DNA from: Candidatus Levyibacteriota bacterium
GTDB taxonomy: Bacteria; Patescibacteriota; Microgenomatia; Levybacterales; GWA1-39-11
Assembly (NCBI GenBank): GCA_018062815.1
Contig: JAGORM010000004.1
Coordinates: 1-53,673, forward strand
Direction: 5' to 3'
Length of the DNA stretch: 53,673 bases
In this document: in pieces, positions 10,412 through 18,494 of the stretch
Position numbering within the stretch: position 1 is the stretch's first letter
How the letters are laid out: the number at the start of each line of letters is the position of its first letter
Made by a program: the position numbers and the translations under genes
The notes under the pieces: generated by a model
Told to the model about the DNA's origin: nothing
The model's input: the letters and a program-made list of their open reading frames with translations, nothing else
Database searches by the model: none

Positions 10412-10870
10412 TTAACTTCTCGTATGCCAGCCGTTTTTCGTGTAAAACTGACCTTTTTCAATGTTCAATAATACCTGTCTTACGTTAGGTGATAAATTTT
10501 CCGGCAAACTATCTATAGGCGCCCATAAAATATTACTGTGAATATCCGGCTCCATTACTTTGGGCTTGCCAGTCCATATTTTTGTTTCGTAAAAATAGCC
10601 AATTCTTTGCCCGTCCGGATCTTTAAAGTTCCCAATATTTACAAGCCGCGTGTTTAACGTGTCTACCCGCACCCCTACTTCCTCCTTCACTTCTCTGAGC
10701 GCTGCAGCAACAGACTCTTCCCCTTCTTCCATGTGTCCCGCAGGAATACTATACTTACCTGTTCTCCTGCGCCCCAAAAGAAGTATTCTACTTTCTTGAT
10801 CTCGAAGAATCATATAAACAATTGGAGTAATTTTGTATAATTCAGTTTCTTTTCGAGAATAAATTTCCAT
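10412..10870 (-). CDS. NUDIX hydrolase
   Basis: Nudix box GHMEEGEESVAAALREVKEEVGV. TGgTATAAT lies 7 nt upstream of the ATG. Confidence 0.85.
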   Translation of the reverse strand: MEIYSRKETELYKITPIVYMILRDQESRILLLGRRRTGKYSIPAGHMEEGEESVAAALREVKEEVGVRVDTLNTRLVNIGNFKDPDGQRIGYFYETKIWTGKPKVMEPDIHSNILWAPIDSLPENLSPNVRQVLLNIEKGQFYTKNGWHTRS

Positions 10871-10953
10871 TTAAAAAATTATACCAAAAAAATAAAACCA
10901 GGCAGTACTAAATGCGATTCCACACTCAATACATTCTCACAACACAATCAAAG

Positions 10954-12681
10954 TCATCCGAATGTAAATGCAAAAACTTCCGCATTATTATCCTCAAACT
11001 CAAGCCGAAGAATGTGCCTTCCTGGAGTAGCAAGATTAATTAATTTATAAAGCTGGTCATTATAAACTGTTACCACGCCATTTATATTATGCTCACCAAA
11101 ATCTTGCATCTTATCATCTAGGTAGACTTTTACTTTCGCTGGAGCTCCTTTTGTCCTCATAACTAAGAAGACTTCTTTAGAATCAAAATTTAGTGTAAGT
11201 GTTGCTCCTTTCTGAGGGTTAGCATACTCACTCATTACATTCCAACTTCCTGAATATGCAAATTCATTGTTTCCCAATTTTTGTGGTGCAGTATATGTTC
11301 CGAGCGTGTCTTTTCTGATCGTCTCAGGTGAGGCAAAATGTTCAATTCTGCCATAACCCAAATATAGCTCAGGAGTTTTAGCTTGAACCTGGTAGATTGG
11401 ATTATTTATCTTAGAAGACACATCCGTTGCCCCAGCTTCCTTCAATAATTCCTGGATCACTTTTTCACTTTCATCATAGGCACCTTCTCCAAAGTGGGAA
11501 TAACGGACATAGCCATCTTTATCAATAAAATATTTCGCTGGCCAGTATCTATTGTTGTATGCTCTCCAAGTAGCAAAGTCATTATCTTGGACAACAGGAT
11601 AAGTAAGCTGAAAATCTTTGATTGCCTGGGCAACATTTTTCTCACTTTTTTCAAACTCAAATTCCGGAGCATGAACACCGATAATGACTAAGCCTTTATC
11701 TTTATATTTCTTATTCCATTCTCTTAGGTAGGGCAAGGTTCTCTGGCAGTTAATACATGAATAAGTCCAGAAATCTATAACAACGACCTTTCCTTTTAGC
11801 TCAGTAAGCGTTAGCGGATCAGAATTAAACCAGACACCTCCTGGAATAATCTCTGGAGCCTTAACACCTTTTGGCTCAATCAAATCAAACATCGGTTTTC
11901 CCATGTCATCCTTATTCATTTCTGTACCAGACTGTTTATCTAGTTGATTACGAATCAATTCATTATCCTCAAGCTTAGTGAGACCTGTACCGTATTGCGG
12001 AAAAGTGTTAATAACAAATGTTTGAAATCTTCTGTCAGCATTAAAAAATATTCCCACTGCAGTTAAAATCATTATGACCCCAAATATTTTTTGAATGTGG
12101 ACTAAATTTGACAGTAACCAGGGAACCCGGCGAAGCGCATTTTGTCCTCCTAACATAATCAAAAACATTGGGATTGCAGTACCCAATGAATATGCAAGCG
12201 TAATTAAAAATGCATCAAAGGTAACTGCGCCCGTAATTGCAAGAGATATAACAGATGCCAAAATTGGACCAACACAGGGAGTCCAAAGAAGTCCTACAGA
12301 AAAACCAATAATTAACCCTCCTCCAAAACCGGTTCTTCCCCGACTATTCGGCATAAGAGCTGCAAGCTTAGAAAATAGTCGCTCAACAAGTATTTGAAAT
12401 TTAGGAACAAGAAGTGATGCCCCAAATCCTGCTATAACTATTACTGATACAAACCTCAGTGTCTCGGCTGGAATTCCGCTCAGCCTGACAATTGTTGAGA
12501 GAAATAGCGTAAAGAAAGTAAAGCTAAGGATAAATCCTATGACTACTCCCATCGGTCGGGATTTTCCAGTATTTATGCCGCCAATGCTTGAAGTGAGAAT
12601 GATTGGAAGAATAGGCAATATACACGGTGAGAGTACCGTGATTACTCCAGCTAGAAATGCAAATGCGATAAGTAAAATCAT
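10954..12681 (-). CDS. CcdA/DsbD-type thiol-disulfide electron transporter fused to a thioredoxin-like domain plus C-terminal beta domain (DipZ-like)
   Basis: The N-terminal CcdA-like TM domain has LSPCILPILP and WTPCVGPIL. It is followed by the redoxin domain FWTYSCINCQRTLP. Total length 575 aa. Confidence 0.8.
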   Translation of the reverse strand: MILLIAFAFLAGVITVLSPCILPILPIILTSSIGGINTGKSRPMGVVIGFILSFTFFTLFLSTIVRLSGIPAETLRFVSVIVIAGFGASLLVPKFQILVERLFSKLAALMPNSRGRTGFGGGLIIGFSVGLLWTPCVGPILASVISLAITGAVTFDAFLITLAYSLGTAIPMFLIMLGGQNALRRVPWLLSNLVHIQKIFGVIMILTAVGIFFNADRRFQTFVINTFPQYGTGLTKLEDNELIRNQLDKQSGTEMNKDDMGKPMFDLIEPKGVKAPEIIPGGVWFNSDPLTLTELKGKVVVIDFWTYSCINCQRTLPYLREWNKKYKDKGLVIIGVHAPEFEFEKSEKNVAQAIKDFQLTYPVVQDNDFATWRAYNNRYWPAKYFIDKDGYVRYSHFGEGAYDESEKVIQELLKEAGATDVSSKINNPIYQVQAKTPELYLGYGRIEHFASPETIRKDTLGTYTAPQKLGNNEFAYSGSWNVMSEYANPQKGATLTLNFDSKEVFLVMRTKGAPAKVKVYLDDKMQDFGEHNINGVVTVYNDQLYKLINLATPGRHILRLEFEDNNAEVFAFTFG

Positions 12682-12739
12682 AAAGTTTGTTAATTAACCT
12701 CTGATACTGGTCCGCCAAGCGACGGGCCAGAACCGCAGA

Positions 12740-13084
12740 TTACTTAATATTAGAAAGTAATTCGTCTATTTGTCCGCCATTCCACTTTGTTACTTCTTTT
12801 CCCGTACCGTCAATTTGGACAAAAGTATGCTGGTAGGTGATCCCGTATTTCTTTGCAAGATCTTTTTCTTCCTGATCTGTTTCTGGATCGTTGTAATTGA
12901 CCCGAATCAGCGTTACATCATCAGGAATTTTACTTGCATCCTGTGTAAAGCTTGCGTCAGCAGGCTTGCAGGTTGGACACCAAGAAGCATAGAAAAATAA
13001 TACTCTTCGACCACTTGATGCGCTGTCGAGAGCTGCCTTGCTGTACTGAACATATCTAGAGCCACCCATTTTATCATTCATCAT
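12740..13084 (-). CDS. Thioredoxin-fold protein
   Basis: Active-site motif FYASWCPTCK. 114 aa. ATGA-type 4-nt overlap with the upstream small gene. Confidence 0.8.
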   Translation of the reverse strand: MMNDKMGGSRYVQYSKAALDSASSGRRVLFFYASWCPTCKPADASFTQDASKIPDDVTLIRVNYNDPETDQEEKDLAKKYGITYQHTFVQIDGTGKEVTKWNGGQIDELLSNIK

Positions 13085-13284
13085 CTTGTCACCTTCTGTG
13101 TGCTATCATCTTTCTTCATCATCGCATCTGTTGGTTCCATACTTGTTTCTTCTTTCGGAGTCATCGCCTCATCCTTTTTCATCATAGAATCAGATTGAGA
13201 ATATTTCTGGGAAAATGCATACGCACCAAAGCCGAGGACAACTACTACTGCAATAATTGCGAAGATTACTATTGGATTTTTCAT
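13081..13284 (-). CDS. Membrane-anchored Met-rich small protein
   Basis: MKNPIVIFAIIAVVVVLGFGAYAF is a TM anchor. The tail that follows has repeated MMKKD(E/D) and M-rich motifs. GGAGGTGA lies 10 nt upstream of ATG 13284, so the TTG at 13293 used by the track is unlikely. Confidence 0.5.
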   Translation of the reverse strand: MKNPIVIFAIIAVVVVLGFGAYAFSQKYSQSDSMMKKDEAMTPKEETSMEPTDAMMKKDDSTQKVTR

Positions 13285-13320
13285 ATATTTCAATTCACCT
13301 CCGATCTTTTATCTTTACTT

Positions 13321-13349
13321 ATCGTAGTAAATCAAAATATAAATGTCAA
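13321..13349 (-). promoter_or_regulatory. Candidate sigma70-type promoter of the Met-rich/thioredoxin/DipZ operon
   Basis: On the minus strand TTGACA is at 13344..13349, then a 17-nt spacer, then TACGAT at 13321..13326. An SD-containing leader follows. Confidence 0.45.
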
Positions 13350-13356
13350 GTCAACT

Positions 13357-13710
13357 TTACATTTTGAAATGAGAATAGATTCGGGAGAGAAGTTTTGAGA
13401 AGACCATTGCACAAAGTGCAATGACAAGCCATGGATCGATTTCGTGCTTTAGGGCTTGAAGAATAATTCCTAAAATTAAAGCGCCTACACCAACCAGATA
13501 TGAAATCCTTCCCGCAGTAAGAATGTGTACAGCTTCTCGCTCGTCTGATGATTTTTCGCGAAAAAGGTAGGCTGAAAATGTAAGAAAAGAAATGATAAGC
13601 CCTACAATCATCATTGACTGCATACTATCTGGCATAGTTAGATGTCCTGGGTTTAAAAAAAGAATGGCGATCCCAAGTATTGTGATAGCACTGATAATTT
13701 CAATAATCAT
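13357..13710 (-). CDS. Small 4-TM membrane protein (DUF2178-like), partner of the XRE regulator
   Basis: 117 aa. It lies 8 nt downstream of the HTH gene and has an SSDEREAVHILTAGRISY loop between TM pairs. Confidence 0.5.
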   Translation of the reverse strand: MIIEIISAITILGIAILFLNPGHLTMPDSMQSMMIVGLIISFLTFSAYLFREKSSDEREAVHILTAGRISYLVGVGALILGIILQALKHEIDPWLVIALCAMVFSKLLSRIYSHFKM

Positions 13711-13718
13711 ATTTATTT

Positions 13719-13919
13719 CTATATTGTAAACAATTTCTCAACTGTAGTGTTGAAATGCTTTGCAATCTTTAAAGCAAGTAGAACTGAGGGGGTATAGTTA
13801 CCTTTTTCAATTGCAATAATTGTTTGCCTGGTTACACCAACGGCTCTCCCAAGTTCTTCTTGAGTAACTTTATTTTTATTCCGGTATTCTTGCACAAAGT
13901 TATTGACATTCTGATTCAT
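13719..13919 (-). CDS. XRE-family helix-turn-helix transcriptional regulator (66 aa)
   Basis: [40 protein letters not shown] is a canonical Cro/C1-type HTH. Confidence 0.85.
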   Translation of the reverse strand: MNQNVNNFVQEYRNKNKVTQEELGRAVGVTRQTIIAIEKGNYTPSVLLALKIAKHFNTTVEKLFTI

Positions 13920-14180
13920 GATATCAGTATTTTACATTATTTAGCATTTTGTTTTACACACATAAGCCACAACCGTTACTTGCAGTTAAATCAACTGCAC
14001 ATTAAGATACCCTTGCAACATTTGAGCTCCCCTCTGGGATACTTAGAATTACCTTATGAAACAAATTTGGCTAGTTAGTTTACTTACCGCCTTAATTCAG
14101 TCTCTCTGTGAGCGAGCGTAGCGAGTCGAATCAGCTGAGCATACAGGTCTGGACCCATTCTATCGTTATAGCTAAATATC

Positions 14181-15254
14181 TTAATCTTTGGTTAAATTAT
14201 CAAAATATTTTTTTACATATTGTCCAAATTTACGATCTTTCGCTCTTTTTTCCTGCTTATTCATTTCAAAATATTCGGACTCTTTCTTAAGCTTAAGATA
14301 ATTATCAAATTTATTTATATCCAACAAATTATTTGTTATCGCAGCTAATATTGCACATTCGGGTTCATTTGTATGCGTACAATTAGAAAATTTACAATTT
14401 CTAGAAATTTTAGTTATTTCATTAAAAACATCGTCTATTCCGCTATATGAATCCGACACTCCAACCTCTCTGGTCCCAGGATTATCAATTACAATTCCGC
14501 CATTTTTTAAGAGATATAACTCTCTAACAGTGGTTGTATGTCTTCCCCGCTCTTCTGCAGCATTTATTTCCTGTGTTTTAATTGTATTTTTACCAAGCAA
14601 TGCATTAATTAATGAAGATTTACCAACTCCCGATGAGCCCAAAAAACAATATGTTTCCCCTTTTTTGATATTGTTTATTAAATTATTTATACCTGCTTTT
14701 GTTTTTGTGCTTGTTAAAATAGTAACTACATTACTAAATCTATTTTTTATTTGATCTAACCGATTACTTATTTCTACTTCGGAAATTAAATCAATCTTAT
14801 TAAGAATAAAGACAGGAATAATATTTGCTTCCCGTGCAATAATCAAATATCTTTCAAAGCGATTAAGGTTAAAGTCTTTGTCAACAGATTCAACAATAAA
14901 TGCAGTGTCGATATTTGTAGCGATTATTTGATTTTCTTGTTTATCGCTATATTTTTTCATTAATATAGTTTTTCTAGGTAGTATGTGATTGATTATTGCT
15001 TTGTTATCCCTAAGCTCAGTTATTAAAATCCAGTCTCCAACAGCAGGATAATCTTCTCTTTTTGTAGCGTTAAAAATTTGCTTACCTGTGATTTTTGCTA
15101 AAAAGTCACCGTGATTGCTTATTACCCTATATGCCTCTCTATATTCCGCAATAACACGCGCTATTGTGTATTTTTCAATTTTCAATTCTTTAAGATTAGA
15201 TTCAAAAAATTTATTAAACCCAAGATCATTGATGGTTATTTTTGCATTATTCAT
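14181..15254 (-). CDS. rsgA: Ribosome small-subunit-dependent GTPase A
   Basis: Circularly permuted GTPase motifs: NKIDL, GSSGVGKSSLINAL, RGRHTTT, and the Zn knuckle CKFSNCTHTNEPECA. TGaTATAAT lies 6 nt upstream of the ATG. Confidence 0.9.
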   Translation of the reverse strand: MNNAKITINDLGFNKFFESNLKELKIEKYTIARVIAEYREAYRVISNHGDFLAKITGKQIFNATKREDYPAVGDWILITELRDNKAIINHILPRKTILMKKYSDKQENQIIATNIDTAFIVESVDKDFNLNRFERYLIIAREANIIPVFILNKIDLISEVEISNRLDQIKNRFSNVVTILTSTKTKAGINNLINNIKKGETYCFLGSSGVGKSSLINALLGKNTIKTQEINAAEERGRHTTTVRELYLLKNGGIVIDNPGTREVGVSDSYSGIDDVFNEITKISRNCKFSNCTHTNEPECAILAAITNNLLDINKFDNYLKLKKESEYFEMNKQEKRAKDRKFGQYVKKYFDNLTKD

Positions 15255-15435
15255 AATTTGATTATATCAAACATGCGCACTCGAGACAGAGAAGGTCTAG
15301 AACCAAAATAGCACTATAAGCACAGTAATTTAATGCTTCAATATGATGGATTTCTATTTTCCTTAATTCTTTAAATAAGATATGTTAACTTCCAGAAGTG
15401 ATGGATCGCAGCTTTAGAGTTATAGTCCTGATTTG

Positions 15436-15506
15436 CTGCCGGACCTGGATTCGAACCAGAATGAATGGATTCAGAGTCCACTATCCTACCATTAGATGAT
15501 CCGGCA
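15436..15506 (-). tRNA. tRNA-Gln (anticodon CUG), CCA not encoded
   Basis: Folded by hand: acceptor TGCCGGA/TCCGGCA (U1-A72, G73), D arm ATCT-AATGGTA-GGAT, anticodon arm GTGGA-CTCTGAA-TCCAT, T arm TCTGG-TTCGAAT-CCAGG. 71 nt in total. Confidence 0.88.
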
Positions 15507-15623
15507 ATATTATTCCAAACGTTTCTTTTACTGAATATGTATTTTACTAAATGTAAGACTGAAAAGCACCTATGTGTGATTTGTATCATGGAACACTAGA
15601 TATAGTTATTAGATAATCTTCTT

Positions 15624-15827
15624 GTGATAAAAGGTGCTAAAATTCAAAAGCTGAAAGTTGTAAACAACAATACTCCTGACGCAGTATATGGACTCGGGGT
15701 TATGGGTGCGTTAGTTTACTATATAATAAACGCTGATTCATTTTGGATTGGAATAATAGGAATTATAAAGGCGTTGTTATGGCCGGCATTTCTAGTATTT
15801 GAAATTTTAAAATTCCTTGAGATGTAA
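15624..15827 (+). CDS. Small 2-TM membrane protein, unknown function
   Basis: 67 aa, GTG start, with GATAAT 6 nt upstream. The hydrophobic core is VYGLGVMGALVYYI...WIGIIGIIKALLWPAFLVF. Confidence 0.45.
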   Translation: MIKGAKIQKLKVVNNNTPDAVYGLGVMGALVYYIINADSFWIGIIGIIKALLWPAFLVFEILKFLEM

Positions 15828-15898
15828 TACCGAATAGATTAAGCTTCAGAAATTGGAGTGTAAAAAATATATTAGGGTATTTTGCCCAAGAAGCTTTA

Positions 15899-16291
15899 TT
15901 ACTTAACGCTTGGACCGGCGTACTTGCTTTTACCAAATCCCAAGACTAAGAATCCAATTATAGGGAATAACCAAAGAAAGAAAATTCCAAAAGCTGTACT
16001 CCTCTTAAATGACTTTGCCAAATTTAATGCAACGATTAAATGAATGATAAAATTCACAATAGGGATAAAGAATAAAAGTAACCACCAACCGGGACGTCCA
16101 ACAATTTTTAACATTATATAAATATTGTAAAAAGGAATAAGAATTGCCCAACCAGGCTTCTTAGCCTTCTCAAATATCCTCCATCCAGCTACAATAATAA
16201 TAATTGCAAATACTAATTCAGCTATTAAAAAACCTGTAGAGGGGAATGTTGAAGAAGTTGTAGTAGCTTGTGTGTATTCGTTGTAATCCAT
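15899..16291 (-). CDS. DUF5684-family membrane protein
   Basis: GWRIFEKAKKPGWAILIPFYNIYIMLKIVGRPGWWLLLFFIP is the hallmark of that family. Confidence 0.6.
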   Translation of the reverse strand: MDYNEYTQATTTSSTFPSTGFLIAELVFAIIIIVAGWRIFEKAKKPGWAILIPFYNIYIMLKIVGRPGWWLLLFFIPIVNFIIHLIVALNLAKSFKRSTAFGIFFLWLFPIIGFLVLGFGKSKYAGPSVK

Positions 16292-16406
16292 AACTTATTA
16301 AGCGTAGAAAAAAATGCGACCTGTGTCAAGTAGCAAAATTGTACACAAAAATATTCGAGCTAAAAATTAAGTCAGATTCCCACCTAATATGTGATATATT
16401 TAAAAA

Positions 16407-18104
16407 ATGAAGATACTGAATTCACTTTCAGATATTAAGGTTTTTATAATTTTTCTTATTGTGGGATTTTGTGTTTTTGGGAATTCTTTACTTAACGGAT
16501 TTGTCGGAGATGAATTTGTAGTACTCTACAACCAACATGTAACAATGCCGCTTCCAATGGCGTTTTTGACTTTTCTGCAATCTCAAGTTGACACGACTAA
16601 CCCTCACTCAATCCTGGGACAGTATTATAGACCCCTCCCCTTATTCTACTTCTCATTTATAAAACATGTTTTCGGATTAACTCCTTTTTTTCTCAGAACC
16701 CCAATTCTTATTCTTCATATCTGTAATGCATTCATTTTATATATATTTTTTAAAAGATTTTTTAGTAAAAAAATAGCATTTGCGTCAGCTCTTATATTTT
16801 TAGTTCATCCCCTAAATCAAGAAGCTGTCGTTTATATTGCGGTAGCCCAAGAAGTATTTTATTTCTTCTTTGGGGGACTCGCTATGCTCATCATAACATC
16901 ACCTAACAGGTCAATTAGAAAAAATCTTCTTGCAAGCATTCTTTTCCTTCTATCATTTTTGTCAAAGGAAAGCGGAATACTCTTTTTCTTTGCAAGCATG
17001 CTTTATCTTTTCTTTTTTGTAAAAAAAGAAATAATAAAAAAAATTCCATATCTCCTGTTGCCTTTATTAATGTATCTTCCAATGCGTTTTTTAGCTTCTC
17101 AAAATAACGTTATCTATATTGTCAAATCAAATATTTCATCGCTTCATTTTTTTGATCGAATGGTCGCTGTTCCTAAGATTTTCTTTTTTTACTTGTCTTA
17201 CTTTATTTATCCACGAAATGTATCTATACTTCCAAAATGGGTTGTTGAAAAAGTTGATATTGAAAACTTTTATGTTCCGTTAGTTCTTGATTTTTTATGT
17301 ATAACACTATTTATTCTTGCCTACTTTATATTTATAAGAAAATCCCGCAAGCTTAAAGTTATTTATATATTCTTTGCTGTGATATTTATTATAGGAATTG
17401 GCCTTCATCTGCAAATAAAGGCGCTTGATCAAACTGTTGCGGCACGTTGGTTTTATTTCCCAATGATAGGATTATTAGGAATATTAAGTACACTTGTTGA
17501 ATATTTTAAAAAATATATACTACTTTATAAAAAACTTTTTTTGATAACATTTATTTTAATTTTAATATTTTTTGCCGGTAAAACATTTACAAGGAATTTA
17601 GATTTTAAAGACGCCCTCACTCTCTACACAAAAGATGTAAATCTTCCCGGAGAAAACTACTATCTTGAAAACAATATAGGCGATCAATTGGCACAACAGG
17701 GAAAATACGACCTAGCAATCATTCACTTCAAAAAATCTATAAAAATTAACCCTAAGTGGTATATAGCGTACAGCAACTTAGGAATTGTATACGAGCAAAA
17801 AAAGGATTATGAAAAAGCAGAAAAATATCTCCAATACGCAATTGCAGGGAAATTTCTTCCTGCATATGAAAACCTAGCCAGAATCTATCTTTTGCACAAA
17901 AGTCCAAATAAGGCACGTGACTTTACACTACTTGCTTTAAAAGAATTTCCTAAGTCTGAAACCCTATGGTTAACTCTTTCACTGTCATACTATGAATTAG
18001 GCGAATATTCGCTTGCTCTTCCCCCAGCTCTTACTTCCTATCAACTTTTTCCTCAAGAAAAAACCGCAGTTGTAATTCAAGCAATTCGTGAAAGAATTAA
18101 GTAA
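16407..18104 (+). CDS. GT-C-fold membrane glycosyltransferase with C-terminal TPR repeats (TMTC/PMT-like)
   Basis: 565 aa with about 11 TM segments. The N-terminal motif FVGDEFVVLYN resembles the acidic loop-1 motif of GT-C mannosyltransferases. The C-terminus has about 4 TPR-like repeats (NLGIVYEQKKDYEKAEKYLQYAI...). Confidence 0.65.
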   Translation: MKILNSLSDIKVFIIFLIVGFCVFGNSLLNGFVGDEFVVLYNQHVTMPLPMAFLTFLQSQVDTTNPHSILGQYYRPLPLFYFSFIKHVFGLTPFFLRTPILILHICNAFILYIFFKRFFSKKIAFASALIFLVHPLNQEAVVYIAVAQEVFYFFFGGLAMLIITSPNRSIRKNLLASILFLLSFLSKESGILFFFASMLYLFFFVKKEIIKKIPYLLLPLLMYLPMRFLASQNNVIYIVKSNISSLHFFDRMVAVPKIFFFYLSYFIYPRNVSILPKWVVEKVDIENFYVPLVLDFLCITLFILAYFIFIRKSRKLKVIYIFFAVIFIIGIGLHLQIKALDQTVAARWFYFPMIGLLGILSTLVEYFKKYILLYKKLFLITFILILIFFAGKTFTRNLDFKDALTLYTKDVNLPGENYYLENNIGDQLAQQGKYDLAIIHFKKSIKINPKWYIAYSNLGIVYEQKKDYEKAEKYLQYAIAGKFLPAYENLARIYLLHKSPNKARDFTLLALKEFPKSETLWLTLSLSYYELGEYSLALPPALTSYQLFPQEKTAVVIQAIRERIK

Positions 18105-18131
18105 GAATACTTAAAAAAACGTTAATTTGTA

Positions 18132-18160
18132 TTGATAAGAATTAAAAAATATGCAACAAT
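18132..18160 (+). promoter_or_regulatory. Candidate promoter of the acidic mini-protein gene
   Basis: TTGATA (18132..18137), a 17-nt spacer, and an extended -10 TGcAACAAT (18152..18160). Confidence 0.4.
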
Positions 18161-18210
18161 GTCTGTGTTAATTATATTTAAAATTTCTTGAAAGGAGGTG
18201 AATAATAAAC

Positions 18211-18399
18211 ATGGATAACAACGGTCAAACACAAGATCCTATGGGACAAACTCCTACCCCAACAACTCCTGAGCCTACAACAGGCGGGGAAGGGAACACG
18301 GGTGGAGAAATGCCAACTGGAGATATGGGAACTCCAACTCCTGAGCCAGAAGCACCAACAGACGGAGGAACAACACCACCTCCTGCTGCAGGTATGTAA
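18211..18399 (+). CDS. 62-aa hyper-acidic Thr/Pro/Gly-rich protein, no known family
   Basis: A perfect SD, AAAGGAGGTGA, lies 9 nt upstream. The gene has its own promoter and terminator. GC content is locally elevated. See findings. Confidence 0.6.
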   Translation: MDNNGQTQDPMGQTPTPTTPEPTTGGEGNTGGEMPTGDMGTPTPEPEAPTDGGTTPPPAAGM

Positions 18400-18426
18400 A
18401 TATTCTGCTTAGTGGTTTCGAAACCA

Positions 18427-18468
18427 AAGCGAGCAAACTTTTAGAACAAAAGCTTGCTCGCTTTTTTA
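18427..18468. terminator. Intrinsic terminator between convergent genes (strong on +, weaker on -)
   Basis: The stem pairs AGCGAGCAA (18428..18436) with TTGCTCGCT (18454..18462). It is followed by TTTTTT on the plus strand. Confidence 0.75.
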
Positions 18469-18494
18469 TTTAAAAAATAATGAAAATATAGAAA

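Noticed and set aside
12524-12718. A 64-aa minus-strand ORF spanning the trx-dipZ spacer.
   Set aside because: It is out of frame with and overlaps the DipZ-like N-terminus. It is explained by the GC-rich hairpin region plus the dipZ coding sequence.
14040-14170. SRP RNA, tmRNA, RNase P RNA or 6S RNA in the GC-rich spacer.
   Set aside because: I could not find the conserved cores on either strand: the SRP domain IV GGAA/AGCA motif, the RNase P P4 GAGGAAAGUCC, or a tmRNA T-arm or tag ORF. It is retained only as an unexplained region in the findings.
14108-14290. A 60-aa plus-strand ORF starting in the GC-rich spacer (MSERSESNQ...).
   Set aside because: Two thirds of it is antisense to the rsgA 3' end. 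It has a GTG start with no signals. I kept only the spacer itself as a finding.
15371-15589. A 72-aa minus-strand ORF.
   Set aside because: It runs straight through the tRNA-Gln gene (15436..15506). The tRNA fold is far better supported.
15255-15623. A genomic island or integrated element at tRNA-Gln.
   Set aside because: No integrase, recombinase or phage gene lies on either side. I could not find a direct repeat of the tRNA 3' end. The accessory-looking genes to the left are ordinary membrane and redox proteins.
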